Origin: Candidatus Pacebacteria bacterium CG2_30_36_39
GTDB lineage: Bacteria > Patescibacteriota > Microgenomatia > UBA1400 > PJMF01
Assembly (NCBI GenBank): GCA_001873435.1
Contig: MNZB01000002.1
Location: 129,620 to 193,619 of the forward strand
Direction: 5' to 3'
Length of the DNA stretch: 64,000 bases
Position numbers and translations under genes: made by a program. Under the pieces are notes generated by a model. The model saw only the letters and a list, made by a program, of their open reading frames with translations. It did not search any database and was not told where the DNA came from. Of this stretch, positions 1-9,216 are shown one piece after another. Numbering within the stretch: position 1 is the first letter of the stretch; the number at the start of each line of letters is the position of its first letter.

Positions 1-440
1 TTAAAAATATTAGAGTCATCAGTAATCCACCCACGTTTAACGAGAAAGATGTTGAGATCGTAAAAAAAGTATTTAATAAGGTAATTCCCAAACACAAATC
101 ATTCCAAGCTTATTATTATCGTTTATTATTATTTCCTCACAATTTAGCTTTAATTGGTACTACTGATCAAGAATTAGATAACATAATTTTTGATTTAGAA
201 ACTGAGTTGAACAAAGTTGGTGTACCAGATAACAAAATTTATCTAAATAAAAAATACTTTTTTTGTAACATCACTTTAATTCGTTTTGCCAATCCAATAA
301 GTGAAGACTTTAAAAATAAGGTTAAAGAAATATCGGCTTCAATAAAACCATTTAGTTATGAGATTAACTCAGTTTCTTTGGTTACTAGCAATGCTGTAAT
401 GAAAAGAGTTAAGAGAATAGCGGATTGGAAATTAGATTAG
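1..440 (+). CDS. 3'-terminal part of a CDS entering from upstream (frame 3 is open from the window start, stop at 438-440). C-terminal region weakly resembles the 2H phosphoesterase / LigT fold with degenerate H-x-T-x motifs ('HNLAL', 'CNITL').
   Basis: Frame starting at nt 3 has no stop before 438-440. The C-terminus 'KKYFFCNITLIRF...W' resembles the LigT C-terminus 'FHPHITLLR'. The match is weak and judged by eye. Confidence 0.3.
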   Translation, partial: KNIRVISNPPTFNEKDVEIVKKVFNKVIPKHKSFQAYYYRLLLFPHNLALIGTTDQELDNIIFDLETELNKVGVPDNKIYLNKKYFFCNITLIRFANPISEDFKNKVKEISASIKPFSYEINSVSLVTSNAVMKRVKRIADWKLD

Positions 441-2012
441 TTCTTTGGCTTTTTTAAGTAAAATATCTTTAGAATTTAATTCTGGATTTTCTAAAACCTC
501 CTCAAATAAACTATTTAGAATTTCTCCTAATTGCTTACTTGGTTTAAGATTGAGTTCAGTCATTAAATCATTTCCATTAATTGCTAGATCTTTGACTTCC
601 ATTGGTTGATTGAGTTGTTCAACCATTCTTTGCTTCATTTCTTCAAGTCGCCAACTAGTTTTTTTTGCGCCACTACCCAGTCTATCTCCTTCGCGTAAGT
701 CTAAAATATCATCAATATTTTCTAGACCAACCTTGCGCATAAAGCGACGAATAGCAGCATCGGTATTATGTGGTTGATAATGAAACATATGTTGTCTAAC
801 TAAGATAAAAAATCTTTCTGAATCTTTTTTAGATAATTTAAAGCGTTGAGCGATTTTACTAGCCATTCTAGAACCGATGATTTCATGGTTATAAAAAGTA
901 ATACCATTTTCAGTTTTAGCAAAAGTTCTTGGCTTGCCGATATCATGGATTAAAGTTGCAAATCTAACTAATGGATCGGCTGACGGACAGCTCTCTAGTG
1001 CATCCAATGAGTGGACCCAGACATCGGTGGTGTGATGTCCACTTTGTTCAACATTTTTCATTTCTAAAATCTCTGGCAAAATATATTCAAGCATCTTTGT
1101 TTCATCAAGTAGTTGAATGGCTTTTTTAGGATTTTGACTAGCTAACATCTTAAAGAATTCATCGTGAATTCTTTCCCAGCTTACATGTTCAATTAATGGA
1201 GCATGCTGGATTAAAGCTTTAAAAGTATTTTCACCAATGCTCATTCCTAATTGCACTGAAAAACGAATGGCTCTCAACATGCGCAAGGCATCTTCTTTAA
1301 AACGTAGATTTGGGTCTCCAACGGCCTCAATAATACCTTGTGCTAGATCTTTAATGCCCTCATGAGGATCAATTAGACTAAAGTCAGCTATGGTTAAAAG
1401 ATAGTTTGTTTGTAGGTTTTTTTGTTTAAAGATTTTGTTTAAATATTCCTGGTCAATTTTTATGGCCATGGCATTGATGGTAAAATCTCGTCTTTGTAAG
1501 TCTTCTTCAATGGTTTTGCCCCAGTTTACTGAATCTGGTCGACGATGGTCTTGATAAGTTCCATCAGTACGATAAGTAGTTATTTCGAATGGCTTGGGTT
1601 GTTTTTCTTCTGAAGGAAGTTCTTTAATTGGCGATTTTAATGACTCATGGATTTTTTTGGCTTCTGCAAGGTCGATTAAAGTTTGTTTTTTGATTTTTTC
1701 AGCAGCAATAGTCTGTAGGTTTTTTTCTGGAAGAACATTACTAGTGATTAAATTTAAAGTATCTTGGTGAGTGATGCTAACTGTGCCGAAATTATTTTCA
1801 TAAAAACTCTCTGGAAATAGAGCCATAATCTCTTCTGGTTTAGCATTAGTGGTAAAGTCAAAGTCTGTGAGGCTAATATTTTTATGGTAGAAGGCGTCTG
1901 TTGACTGCAAAATCAGGTCTCTAATTGCTCCACCAACCAAATATGCTTCAAAACCAGCTTGTTGCAGGGTGTGGGAAATAAAGAGGACCTCGAATGGTAA
2001 TTCAAGTTTCAT
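432..2012 (-). CDS. cca: tRNA nucleotidyltransferase (CCA-adding enzyme, class II, with C-terminal HD domain)
   Basis: 526 aa. N-terminal polymerase-beta head motif 'LVGGAIRDLIL'. Downstream HD motif 'IHDIGKP'. Length is typical of a bacterial CCA enzyme with an HD domain. Confidence 0.8.
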   Translation of the reverse strand: MKLELPFEVLFISHTLQQAGFEAYLVGGAIRDLILQSTDAFYHKNISLTDFDFTTNAKPEEIMALFPESFYENNFGTVSITHQDTLNLITSNVLPEKNLQTIAAEKIKKQTLIDLAEAKKIHESLKSPIKELPSEEKQPKPFEITTYRTDGTYQDHRRPDSVNWGKTIEEDLQRRDFTINAMAIKIDQEYLNKIFKQKNLQTNYLLTIADFSLIDPHEGIKDLAQGIIEAVGDPNLRFKEDALRMLRAIRFSVQLGMSIGENTFKALIQHAPLIEHVSWERIHDEFFKMLASQNPKKAIQLLDETKMLEYILPEILEMKNVEQSGHHTTDVWVHSLDALESCPSADPLVRFATLIHDIGKPRTFAKTENGITFYNHEIIGSRMASKIAQRFKLSKKDSERFFILVRQHMFHYQPHNTDAAIRRFMRKVGLENIDDILDLREGDRLGSGAKKTSWRLEEMKQRMVEQLNQPMEVKDLAINGNDLMTELNLKPSKQLGEILNSLFEEVLENPELNSKDILLKKAKELI

Positions 2013-2077
2013 GGTTTCATTATAAATGATTTTTCTCTCCCATGTTTCTCTGTTAAAAATATGATACCCTGAGCCTT

Positions 2078-3715
2078 ATGCAATGGCACTTATTATCTGA
2101 AAATGTTCCAAAATCATGGGAGGATTTAGCAAAAATTTTATTAAATAACCGTCATATAACTGATGAGGACGAGTTTTTTAATTCTAGAAATCCAATTGAT
2201 TTTTCGGCTGAAGAACTAGGTTTGGATCCAGATTCTTTGCAACAAGCCAAAGAAAGAATTTTAGAGGCCAAAGAAAAAAAACAAAAAGTATTGGTTTTTG
2301 GTGATTATGATGCCGATGGAATTAGTGCTACAGCTATTTTATGGAAAACTTTATACAAAATGGGGGTAGATGCCATGCCATTTATTCCTCATCGAGAGAA
2401 ACACGGCTATGGTTTAACTTGGGCGGCTTTGCAAGAGATATATAGCAAATCTTTGCCAGATTTATTAATTACAGTTGATACTGGAATTGTGGCGCATAAA
2501 GCCGTGCAGGAATTACAAGAAAAGGGAGTTGAAGTCATTATTACAGATCATCATCAGCCGGATGATAGTTTTCCGAGTGCTTTGACTGTTGTTCATAGTA
2601 CCAAGATTTGTGGAGCAGCTGTTGCTTGGGCTTTAGTTCGTGAGTTTAGTGAGGAAGAAGCCAAGAATAATTTGGACTTGGTGGCTTTGGCAACAGTAAC
2701 GGATTTAATGTCGTTAAAAGGAATTAATAGAGCTTTTGTTAAGCATGGTCTAGAGGTTATGAATAATAATCAACGACCAGGATTATTGGCGTTGAAGCAA
2801 ATTGCTGGTTTGGCAGATAAAAAAATTAATTCCATGCATTTGGGATTTGTTATTGGTCCAAGAATAAATGCGATGGGTAGAATGTCCTATGCCATGGATG
2901 CCCTAAGGCTTCTTTGTACTAATCAAAAAAATCGAGCTACGGAGTTGGCTAGTTTAATAGACAATACTAATGGAGAACGTCAACAACTCACCGAAGAGTT
3001 GTTTCAATTAGCTCATCAACAGGCTACTGCTCAGAAACAGGAACATATTATTATTGTTCATTCTCCTGATTTCCATGAGGGAATTATTGGTTTGATTGCT
3101 GGTAAATTAACAGAGCGCTATGCTAAGCCCTCTATTGTAATTAGTACTCATGGAGATGTTGCTAAAGCATCAGCGAGATCAGTTCCAGGTGTTAATATTA
3201 CTGAAATAATTAGAACTGCTAAAGATTTGTTATTAGAGTTTGGTGGGCATCCGATGGCTGCTGGTTTTGGTTTTGAACATGAAAATTTAACTACTGTAAT
3301 TGAACATTTGCTAGAACAAGGTAGAGAAACTATTGATCCGGAGTTGTTACAAAAAAGGCTGTCTTTGGAGTGTTTGTTGCCACTTGATTTGGTGAGCGTA
3401 ACATTAATAGATAAAATCCAGTCTTTTGCTCCATTTGGTCAAGAAAATGCTGAACCAATTTTTGTTGTTAAGGATGTTCGTGTTAGTGAAATTAAACAGT
3501 TGGGGAGTCAACAGCAACATCTCAAGCTTACTTTAACTGATGCCGGTAGTAATGCACAAATCACTGGCTTGGCTTGGGGAAAGGGTGAAATGGCGGAGAC
3601 CCTACAAGAGGGATCATTGGTTAATGTTGCGATTGTTTTGCAGATTAATGAATGGCGAGATAAGAGAAATGTTCAGGCAATAATCAAGGATTTGCAGCAA
3701 ATTGAAGATTTTTGA
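2078..3715 (+). CDS. recJ: single-stranded-DNA-specific exonuclease RecJ (DHH/DHHA1 family)
   Basis: 545 aa. Motifs 'VFGDYDADGISATAIL', 'ITDHHQP' (DHH) and 'GGHPMAAGF' (DHHA1). Confidence 0.85.
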   Translation: MQWHLLSENVPKSWEDLAKILLNNRHITDEDEFFNSRNPIDFSAEELGLDPDSLQQAKERILEAKEKKQKVLVFGDYDADGISATAILWKTLYKMGVDAMPFIPHREKHGYGLTWAALQEIYSKSLPDLLITVDTGIVAHKAVQELQEKGVEVIITDHHQPDDSFPSALTVVHSTKICGAAVAWALVREFSEEEAKNNLDLVALATVTDLMSLKGINRAFVKHGLEVMNNNQRPGLLALKQIAGLADKKINSMHLGFVIGPRINAMGRMSYAMDALRLLCTNQKNRATELASLIDNTNGERQQLTEELFQLAHQQATAQKQEHIIIVHSPDFHEGIIGLIAGKLTERYAKPSIVISTHGDVAKASARSVPGVNITEIIRTAKDLLLEFGGHPMAAGFGFEHENLTTVIEHLLEQGRETIDPELLQKRLSLECLLPLDLVSVTLIDKIQSFAPFGQENAEPIFVVKDVRVSEIKQLGSQQQHLKLTLTDAGSNAQITGLAWGKGEMAETLQEGSLVNVAIVLQINEWRDKRNVQAIIKDLQQIEDF

Positions 3716-4154
3716 GTTTTTCGATAATTTGATGGTTTGATGTAAAGGTTGCTGCTTGATAGCCAGCTTCTATTGCGGCGTTAGTATGTCTAATTTGGTC
3801 ATCTAGAAAAAATATTTGTGCTGGTTTGACTTCTAGTTCTTTGGCAACATCTCTGAAAGCTCTAAAATCTCTTTTGCTATGGCCCATGGTGATGGTAGAA
3901 AAAATTTTATTAAAATCTAATAAACCTAGTTTCTCCAATTGAATACTAGAGAATGGTGGAGCAGAAGTAAAGATATTTATGGAGATTCCCTGTTTTTTTA
4001 AGGTTTTAAATTCTTCAAGTAATGGAGTATTTAATACTAGTCGCTGAATTACCGGAGTAAAGTTTTCATCAACTAATGGATTGTTTGTTTCAAAGAGTAA
4101 GACGTCAAAAAGATCGGTGAGAATGTGGGTGATCATACATGTAGTGTAACGCAA
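3684..4154 (-). CDS. HAD-superfamily hydrolase (small, 156 aa)
   Basis: N-terminal 'ILTDLFDVLLFE' resembles HAD motif I (a DxD-type motif with a Thr-Asp variant). Rossmann-like alternation follows. Overlaps the recJ 3' end convergently by 32 nt. Confidence 0.45.
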   Translation of the reverse strand: MRYTTCMITHILTDLFDVLLFETNNPLVDENFTPVIQRLVLNTPLLEEFKTLKKQGISINIFTSAPPFSSIQLEKLGLLDFNKIFSTITMGHSKRDFRAFRDVAKELEVKPAQIFFLDDQIRHTNAAIEAGYQAATFTSNHQIIEKLKNLQFAANP

Positions 4155-4205
4155 AGGGCGTCCTTGCGGACGCCCTATTTATTTTGCTTGATCAGTCTTA
4201 ATAGT

Positions 4206-4973
4206 TTACTTTAAGTATTTATCAATAACAGTTTTAATTTGAGCATAAGGTAGAGCTCCAGAGATTAATTCTCTTTTGCCATCCTTAGTAATCAAGATAG
4301 TTGCTGGAGTGCCGGATACACCAGCAGCTTGGCCACCAATCATATCTTCATTGACTAGGTCTGTCATTTTGCCATCAGCTAGGCATTTTTCCATATCTGC
4401 ATTGTTGACTCCAACTTTTCCTGCTTCAGCAATTAATTTTTCTTCAGTTAGGGCAGCTGCTCCTTCTTTTGCTGCGCCGGCAAATAGGGCGTCAGAGAAA
4501 GTCCAGAAAGCATCATTGCCACCAAGTGAAGCTACACATTCAGATGCTTCTGCGCTGATTTGTGCCTGAGCATGAAAGCTTAGTGGATAATGACGGAAAA
4601 CCCAATTTACTTTATCACCATATTCTTCCATGACTTTTACCATGGTTGGATGGAATTTATTACAGAATGGGCATTCATAATCAGAATATTCAACTAAAGT
4701 AATTTCAGCATCCTTATTTCCTCTAAGATGATCCTCAGCAGTTAATGCTGGCATGTCAGCTAAAGTATCAACAGCAGCTTTATTATTACCAGCAGCAGTT
4801 GGAGCGCCAACTTGTTGGCCATTGCCGGTATTGCCGTTTCTAAGTAACTGGTTTTCTGTCCAAAGTGAGCCAGCTACGAAACCAGCGATTAGAGCAACTG
4901 CTCCAATCATGATCTGGGTAAGAGTTTTGTTATTCATGAAGAATTCTTCCTTCCTTAAACCTTTTGTATACAA
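4206..4973 (-). CDS. DsbA-like thiol:disulfide oxidoreductase with N-terminal membrane anchor (alternative start at the 'MNNKTL' Met, about nt 4937)
   Basis: 'YSDYECPFCNKFHP' is a CxxC thioredoxin-fold active site. A hydrophobic N-terminus 'IMIGAVALIAGFVAGSLW' is followed by a Gly/Asn-rich linker. Confidence 0.75.
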   Translation of the reverse strand: MYTKGLRKEEFFMNNKTLTQIMIGAVALIAGFVAGSLWTENQLLRNGNTGNGQQVGAPTAAGNNKAAVDTLADMPALTAEDHLRGNKDAEITLVEYSDYECPFCNKFHPTMVKVMEEYGDKVNWVFRHYPLSFHAQAQISAEASECVASLGGNDAFWTFSDALFAGAAKEGAAALTEEKLIAEAGKVGVNNADMEKCLADGKMTDLVNEDMIGGQAAGVSGTPATILITKDGKRELISGALPYAQIKTVIDKYLK

Positions 4974-5074
4974 TTTATATATATTATCATCGAATATATC
5001 ATCTATATCCGGTGCATTGAATCTATCGTAAAATAGCGATTAGGTCAATCGTAACAGCAAAGGAATTAAATACA

Positions 5075-5821
5075 GTGAGATATCTTACGGCTTATGAAAG
5101 AAATCAGTTAAGAAAATGGAATATTGATTTAGCTGATTTAGATAAATATGGTGAAATGCCAGTGGAATATATCACTGGTCATGTTGATTTTTATCAACGT
5201 GATTTTTTTGTTAATAAAAATGTTTTAATTCCTAGGATAGAGACAGAGGAATTAGTTGAAAAAATAGTTGGTGTTTTTGGAGATTTAAAAGAATCAATCC
5301 AATTTTTAGAAGTAGGTACTGGTAGTGGTGCCTTGGGTATTAGTGTTTTTCTTGAACTAATCAAAAAAGGTAGAGTTGTAGAGGCTACTTTAACTGATGT
5401 TTCTCCTGATGCTTTGCAAGTAGCGGAGAGAAATTGGCAGAGGTTATCACAAGATCCTGAGGATTTGGATAATGTTTCATTTGTTGAGGCTGATTTATTA
5501 AATCAAGTAGCTTTGGATGAAAGATTAGATTTTGTAGTAGCAAATCTCCCATATATTCCTCACGAGAGGTTGAATAAATTAATGCCTTCAGTTAGGGATT
5601 ATGAGCCAATGTTGGCTTTGGATGGTGGCTTTGATGGTTTGGAGTTAATTAAAAAATTAATTAAACAATTATGTGAGAGGAAATTTGTTGGTCAATTATT
5701 TTTAGAGATTGATGATTCTCATGATAAAGAGATTATTCAAGCTCTTTTGTTTAGTAAAAAAGTTGAGGTTTGGCAGGATGAGGCTGGTAAAAATCGTTTT
5801 GCTTGGCTAGATTTTAGCTAA
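5075..5821 (+). CDS. prmC: release-factor glutamine N5-methyltransferase (PrmC/HemK family)
   Basis: SAM-binding motif I 'LEVGTGSGALGISV'. Catalytic-loop variant 'VVANLPYIPH' (NPPY-type). About 250 aa. GTG start at 5075. Confidence 0.6.
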   Translation: MRYLTAYERNQLRKWNIDLADLDKYGEMPVEYITGHVDFYQRDFFVNKNVLIPRIETEELVEKIVGVFGDLKESIQFLEVGTGSGALGISVFLELIKKGRVVEATLTDVSPDALQVAERNWQRLSQDPEDLDNVSFVEADLLNQVALDERLDFVVANLPYIPHERLNKLMPSVRDYEPMLALDGGFDGLELIKKLIKQLCERKFVGQLFLEIDDSHDKEIIQALLFSKKVEVWQDEAGKNRFAWLDFS

Positions 5822-5869
5822 ACATCAATATATCTTGCAATGCAGAGTAAAAACGTGCAGAATTGAGTT

Positions 5870-6025
5870 ATGAAGGTTAAGCTGGAGCTTTGGAAGTTAT
5901 TAGTTTTTTTGATTGTTTTTGTTGTGGTTTTGAGTTTGCTGACTTTTTTCATTAAGATTCAACATCTTGGTTTTGAAGTTAATGAGGAGTTGGTTGAGTT
6001 AGTAAAACAGGTTGTATTTAGCTAA
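5870..6025 (+). CDS. small hydrophobic ORF (51 aa, one predicted TM helix). Not in the supplied ORF track because it is short.
   Basis: ATG at 5870. Translation 'MKVKLELWKLLVFLIVFVVVLSLLTFFIKIQHLG...'. Lies in the gap between prmC and the nuclease gene. Confidence 0.2.
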   Translation: MKVKLELWKLLVFLIVFVVVLSLLTFFIKIQHLGFEVNEELVELVKQVVFS

Positions 6026-6996
6026 AGAATGACGCTGTCTTCTTGAATTTCATTGCCACTTGGTAAGATATAAATGTCTTGGTTGTAGTTTCCGGGGCCA
6101 ACAAATTCTGCTTCGCCTTTAATGATTTTTTCAAATGGTTTGCAAGAAAAACAACCATTTTCTCCTTCTGGACAACGAAAGCGATTTAATTGACGAGCTA
6201 GTTTCATTTCTTTGGCAACTTTTAAGATTTTTTCATATGATTCTTGGGGGTCTGGTAGGGCGACTTCTTCTGGTTCATTGTTCATTCCCAAATACCAATA
6301 GCTGGCTTTTGCTACTTTTCTTTTTTGAGTATTGCTGACTAGCAGTAGGTAGATGGGTAGTTGTAGTGAGTCTGCTTTTTCTTTATTTTTACTAGTTTTA
6401 AAATCGATAATATGAACACTATCTGTATCTGGTAGATATTGGAGCCAGTCGATTTTGCCACAGAGAATAATTCCATCTGTTTCTGATAGCCAATAGTGAG
6501 GTAGATCTTCTTTGATTTTGACTGATAGTTGAGCTACAGGTCCTGGATTGTCCATGACTTTACGTAGCATTTCTTCACCTCTTTGTTTGAATTTTTCTTC
6601 AGTTTGTTGGTCTAGAAAGCCGCCTTTTTTGCCACTGATTTTTTGCCAAGATGTTTGGAATTTTTCAATTAGAGATTTGTTGAAGCGTTGGTTAGTTGGT
6701 AAGGCTGATAAAGATTCAATGACTTCATGAACAGCTTGTCCTAAGGCTAGGGCTGGGGCCATGATTTGCATTTTATGGCCTGTCTCAGGGTTTTTGTATA
6801 CGTTTTTGAGGAAGTAAGCACGAGGGCATTGTTGAAAATCATTGATAGATGAGTGCGAAACCCAGACAGCAGAGTATTTATCAGGCATAGGTTTAACTTT
6901 AGCATAAAACAGATGAAGAAGAAAATACGAAACTAGAATAAAATTCGCAATAATAGGCCTGATTTGATATAATATGAGATATTGATATGGTAACAA
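6022..6996 (-). CDS. PD-(D/E)XK nuclease, Cas4/AddB-like with Fe-S cluster cysteines. The true start is probably the internal Met of 'MPDKYSAV', about nt 6888.
   Basis: N-terminal 'QQCPRAYF' followed by a C-terminal Cys triad 'CPEGENGCFSCKP' gives four Cys, as in Cas4/AddB. RecB motif III 'IIDFKTSK' (D-x-K). The hydrophobic 36-aa extension on the track ORF looks spurious. Confidence 0.6.
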   Translation of the reverse strand: MLPYQYLILYQIRPIIANFILVSYFLLHLFYAKVKPMPDKYSAVWVSHSSINDFQQCPRAYFLKNVYKNPETGHKMQIMAPALALGQAVHEVIESLSALPTNQRFNKSLIEKFQTSWQKISGKKGGFLDQQTEEKFKQRGEEMLRKVMDNPGPVAQLSVKIKEDLPHYWLSETDGIILCGKIDWLQYLPDTDSVHIIDFKTSKNKEKADSLQLPIYLLLVSNTQKRKVAKASYWYLGMNNEPEEVALPDPQESYEKILKVAKEMKLARQLNRFRCPEGENGCFSCKPFEKIIKGEAEFVGPGNYNQDIYILPSGNEIQEDSVIL

Positions 6997-7373
6997 ATCA
7001 AGAGATTAGAGTTTTTGTCGCTGAAGACGATAAAATGTGGCGACAAGTTATCACTAGTGCTTTAGAAGAGATTAGTGCAGTTCTTGCTTTGCCAATCGCC
7101 GTAGATTTTATTTCCGCTCAAAATGCTATTAAACAATTGAAAAAACTAAAAGTTGATATTGCTATTATTGATGGCAATTTGACTCCTGGTGATTCTGATG
7201 GTTGGGAAGGTCAACAGTTGATTGAGGCTATAAAAAAGCTTGGTAGTGATATAAAAATAATTGGTTATTCAGCTTATGGTCAGCCATTATTAGAGGCTGG
7301 GGCTGATGCGGTTATAGATAAACTAGATTTTAGATCTATTGGTCCCACTATTTTGAGGTTATTAGCAAATTAG
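6987..7373 (+). CDS. stand-alone response-regulator receiver domain (CheY/Spo0F-like, 128 aa)
   Basis: 'VFVAEDD' acidic pocket. Phospho-acceptor 'DIAIIDGNL'. 'IIGYSAY' (Ser at beta4). 'AVIDKLDF' (Lys). No output domain. Confidence 0.75.
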   Translation: MVTNQEIRVFVAEDDKMWRQVITSALEEISAVLALPIAVDFISAQNAIKQLKKLKVDIAIIDGNLTPGDSDGWEGQQLIEAIKKLGSDIKIIGYSAYGQPLLEAGADAVIDKLDFRSIGPTILRLLAN

Positions 7374-7395
7374 TATAAATAATTAAGAAAGCTAT

Positions 7396-7803
7396 ATGAG
7401 TGATAGTAAAGAACGAAAATTTAATGTTTTACTTGCTGAGGATAATGAGGATTGGGTTGCTACGGTTGAAGATATTATTACTGAGATTGGTGGGGTTTTA
7501 GTTAAAACAGCTACTAATTTAGAGGATGCTATTGATGCTATGGCTATGCTTGAAGAGTTAAAAGTAGATATTATTATTTTGGGTGGTAGTCTTGGCGAAT
7601 TTAAAATTGGTAATACCGATACTTTGAGGATATTAATTGCTTTGATGGAAGCAAGGATTGAGGGTGGTTTTCATGCTAATAAGGCAAAAACTATTGGTTT
7701 GTCTGGTGATCATCAGACAAGAATTAAAGAGCTAGATGCTCAGTTGGGTAAGAATAATATTGATAATTTAAAAGCAACTATTTTGAGATTGTTGGCAAAA
7801 TAA
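7396..7803 (+). CDS. receiver-like domain protein lacking the phospho-acceptor Asp (pseudo-receiver, 135 aa)
   Basis: Similar overall to the upstream REC ('VLLAEDNEDW', 'KVDIIILGGSLGE'). Gly occupies the position aligned with the phospho-acceptor Asp ('IILGG' versus 'IIDG'). Confidence 0.55.
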   Translation: MSDSKERKFNVLLAEDNEDWVATVEDIITEIGGVLVKTATNLEDAIDAMAMLEELKVDIIILGGSLGEFKIGNTDTLRILIALMEARIEGGFHANKAKTIGLSGDHQTRIKELDAQLGKNNIDNLKATILRLLAK

Positions 7804-7812
7804 GATTAGTTG

Positions 7813-8277
7813 CTAAGAATTTTCTTTTTCAACAAGAATATCTATAATTTGTTCTCTCAATGCTTTTACCACATCTCTTGGATTAAATAGCGACATTGAG
7901 CTGTTTTTTAGGTCGAATTTTTTTCTTCTTCTAAAGGCATTTAATCTATCATGCAAATTGAGATGACCAATGTAACTAATTACAAACTGATAATTGATTT
8001 GTGGATTATCTTTTTCGTATGTCATTAATATTTCTAATTCGTATGTTGTATAATTTGAATCTTCAATTGGATTGGTAGGTTCATTAATTTTTGGTCCAAA
8101 TTTTGTTGATATGTTGCTAAAACCAATCTCTCTTAGTTTGTTGAAGAATGGCTCCAAATAGCTTAATAACTCTAAAAATGCAGCTTCATATTCAATTGGT
8201 TCGGTAATTTGTTTCTTTTCTTTTTCAATTGCTTGTTTAGCAGCTTTTTTCTTTGCTTCATTGAATATATCAGACAT
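7813..8277 (-). CDS. hypothetical protein (154 aa, Lys/Glu-rich N-terminus)
   Basis: ORF only. No motif recognised. Confidence 0.4.
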   Translation of the reverse strand: MSDIFNEAKKKAAKQAIEKEKKQITEPIEYEAAFLELLSYLEPFFNKLREIGFSNISTKFGPKINEPTNPIEDSNYTTYELEILMTYEKDNPQINYQFVISYIGHLNLHDRLNAFRRRKKFDLKNSSMSLFNPRDVVKALREQIIDILVEKENS

Positions 8278-8377
8278 AAACTTCCTTAAAAACCTACCCT
8301 ATAAGGTAGGGAAAGCTTATTACTCAGACTGAATCAAATTATATCATATCTTGATTAAAAATATTTTAAATAAAAAG

Positions 8378-8448
8378 ATCCCGGGCTAGGATTCGAACCT
8401 AGGATGACAGGGTCAGAACCTGTAATGATGCCACTTCACTACCCGGGA
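8378..8448 (-). tRNA. tRNA-Gln (anticodon CUG)
   Basis: Reverse complement folds as a cloverleaf. Acceptor stem TCCCGGG/CCCGGGA. D arm GTGA...TCAT. Anticodon stem ACAGG/CCTGT with loop TTCTGAC (U33, anticodon CTG, A37). T arm CTAGG-TTCGAAT-CCTAG. No encoded CCA. Confidence 0.8.
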
Positions 8449-8469
8449 TTTCAGCTTTTTTTCAGCTTT
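8448..8469. promoter_or_regulatory. left copy of a perfect 22-bp inverted repeat (atttcagctttttttcagcttt). It contains two direct 11-bp repeats 'cagcttttttt' and lies about 55 nt upstream of the response-regulator start.
   Basis: Read directly. The exact reverse complement occurs at 9860-9881. The first base overlaps the 5' end of tRNA-Gln on the other strand. Confidence 0.6.
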
Positions 8470-8517
8470 TTTTGCTAAATTAGCAATAAAACCGTAGGAA
8501 GATAGTATACCAGAGGA

Positions 8518-9216
8518 GTGGCTATGAGAAAAATCCTTATTTTAGAAGACAACAAAAACTTAGCTCAAACCCTGAAGATTGGTTTAACCCAGAAAAAAAG
8601 ACAACTAACATTAGTAGATTCACTAAAACACTTCTATCAAATTTTAGAAAAAGAAACCTATGATTTATGCATTATGGATCGCTTTGTAACAGATGGTGAC
8701 TCTATTGAAGCAATTGAATACATCAAAGAACTTCAACCCAAATTAAAATGCATATACCTAAGTAAAAAAACTAGTTTGCAAGACAAAATAAGTGGTTTAG
8801 AAAAAGGCGCTGATGACTATTTGGCCAAACCATTTTCATTGGCAGAACTAAGGCTAAAAGTAAAAAACATGTTGCAATGGGATACCTTGGTTAAAGAAGA
8901 AAAACCATTTCAGCTAGGAGAAATAGAATTTTTTGCTGAAACAGGCTGTTTTATCACGCCAGAAGGAGAAATTTATTTAAGAAAAAGAGAAAAAGACTTA
9001 GTCTTTTGTTTAATCCAAGCAAAAGGTAGAACAGTCTCTAGAAATCATTTATTGAGAACTCTATGGACTGCTGAAGAAGAAGCTCAGAGCAATACCATAG
9101 ATGTCTATATTCGTCGTTTAAGAAAAAGATTGGGCAAATATCAAGATATTATTCAAACCAGAAGAGGCTTTGGCTATCTAATTACTGCATATAATAAGGA
9201 AAGGATAATTCAATAG
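8518..9216 (+). CDS. OmpR/PhoB-family response regulator (REC plus winged-helix). The likely true start is the second ATG at 8524, preceded by 'gaggag'.
   Basis: 'ILILEDNKNL'. Phospho-acceptor 'LCIMDRFV'. C-terminal winged-helix 'NTIDVYIRRLRKRLG...RRGFGYLI'. Confidence 0.8.
   Translation: MAMRKILILEDNKNLAQTLKIGLTQKKRQLTLVDSLKHFYQILEKETYDLCIMDRFVTDGDSIEAIEYIKELQPKLKCIYLSKKTSLQDKISGLEKGADDYLAKPFSLAELRLKVKNMLQWDTLVKEEKPFQLGEIEFFAETGCFITPEGEIYLRKREKDLVFCLIQAKGRTVSRNHLLRTLWTAEEEAQSNTIDVYIRRLRKRLGKYQDIIQTRRGFGYLITAYNKERIIQ

Noticed and set aside
4276-5031. Plus-strand ORFs 4276-4569 and 4753-5031 (Ala/Pro-rich translations)
   Set aside because: They lie entirely antisense to the DsbA-like gene, whose CxxC motif and membrane anchor are convincing. 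They are antisense reading-frame artefacts.
8451-8473. Possible CRISPR array or tandem-repeat locus at 'cagcttttttt' x2
   Set aside because: There are only two 11-bp units and no spacers. It is better explained as a direct-repeat regulatory box and was reported as such.
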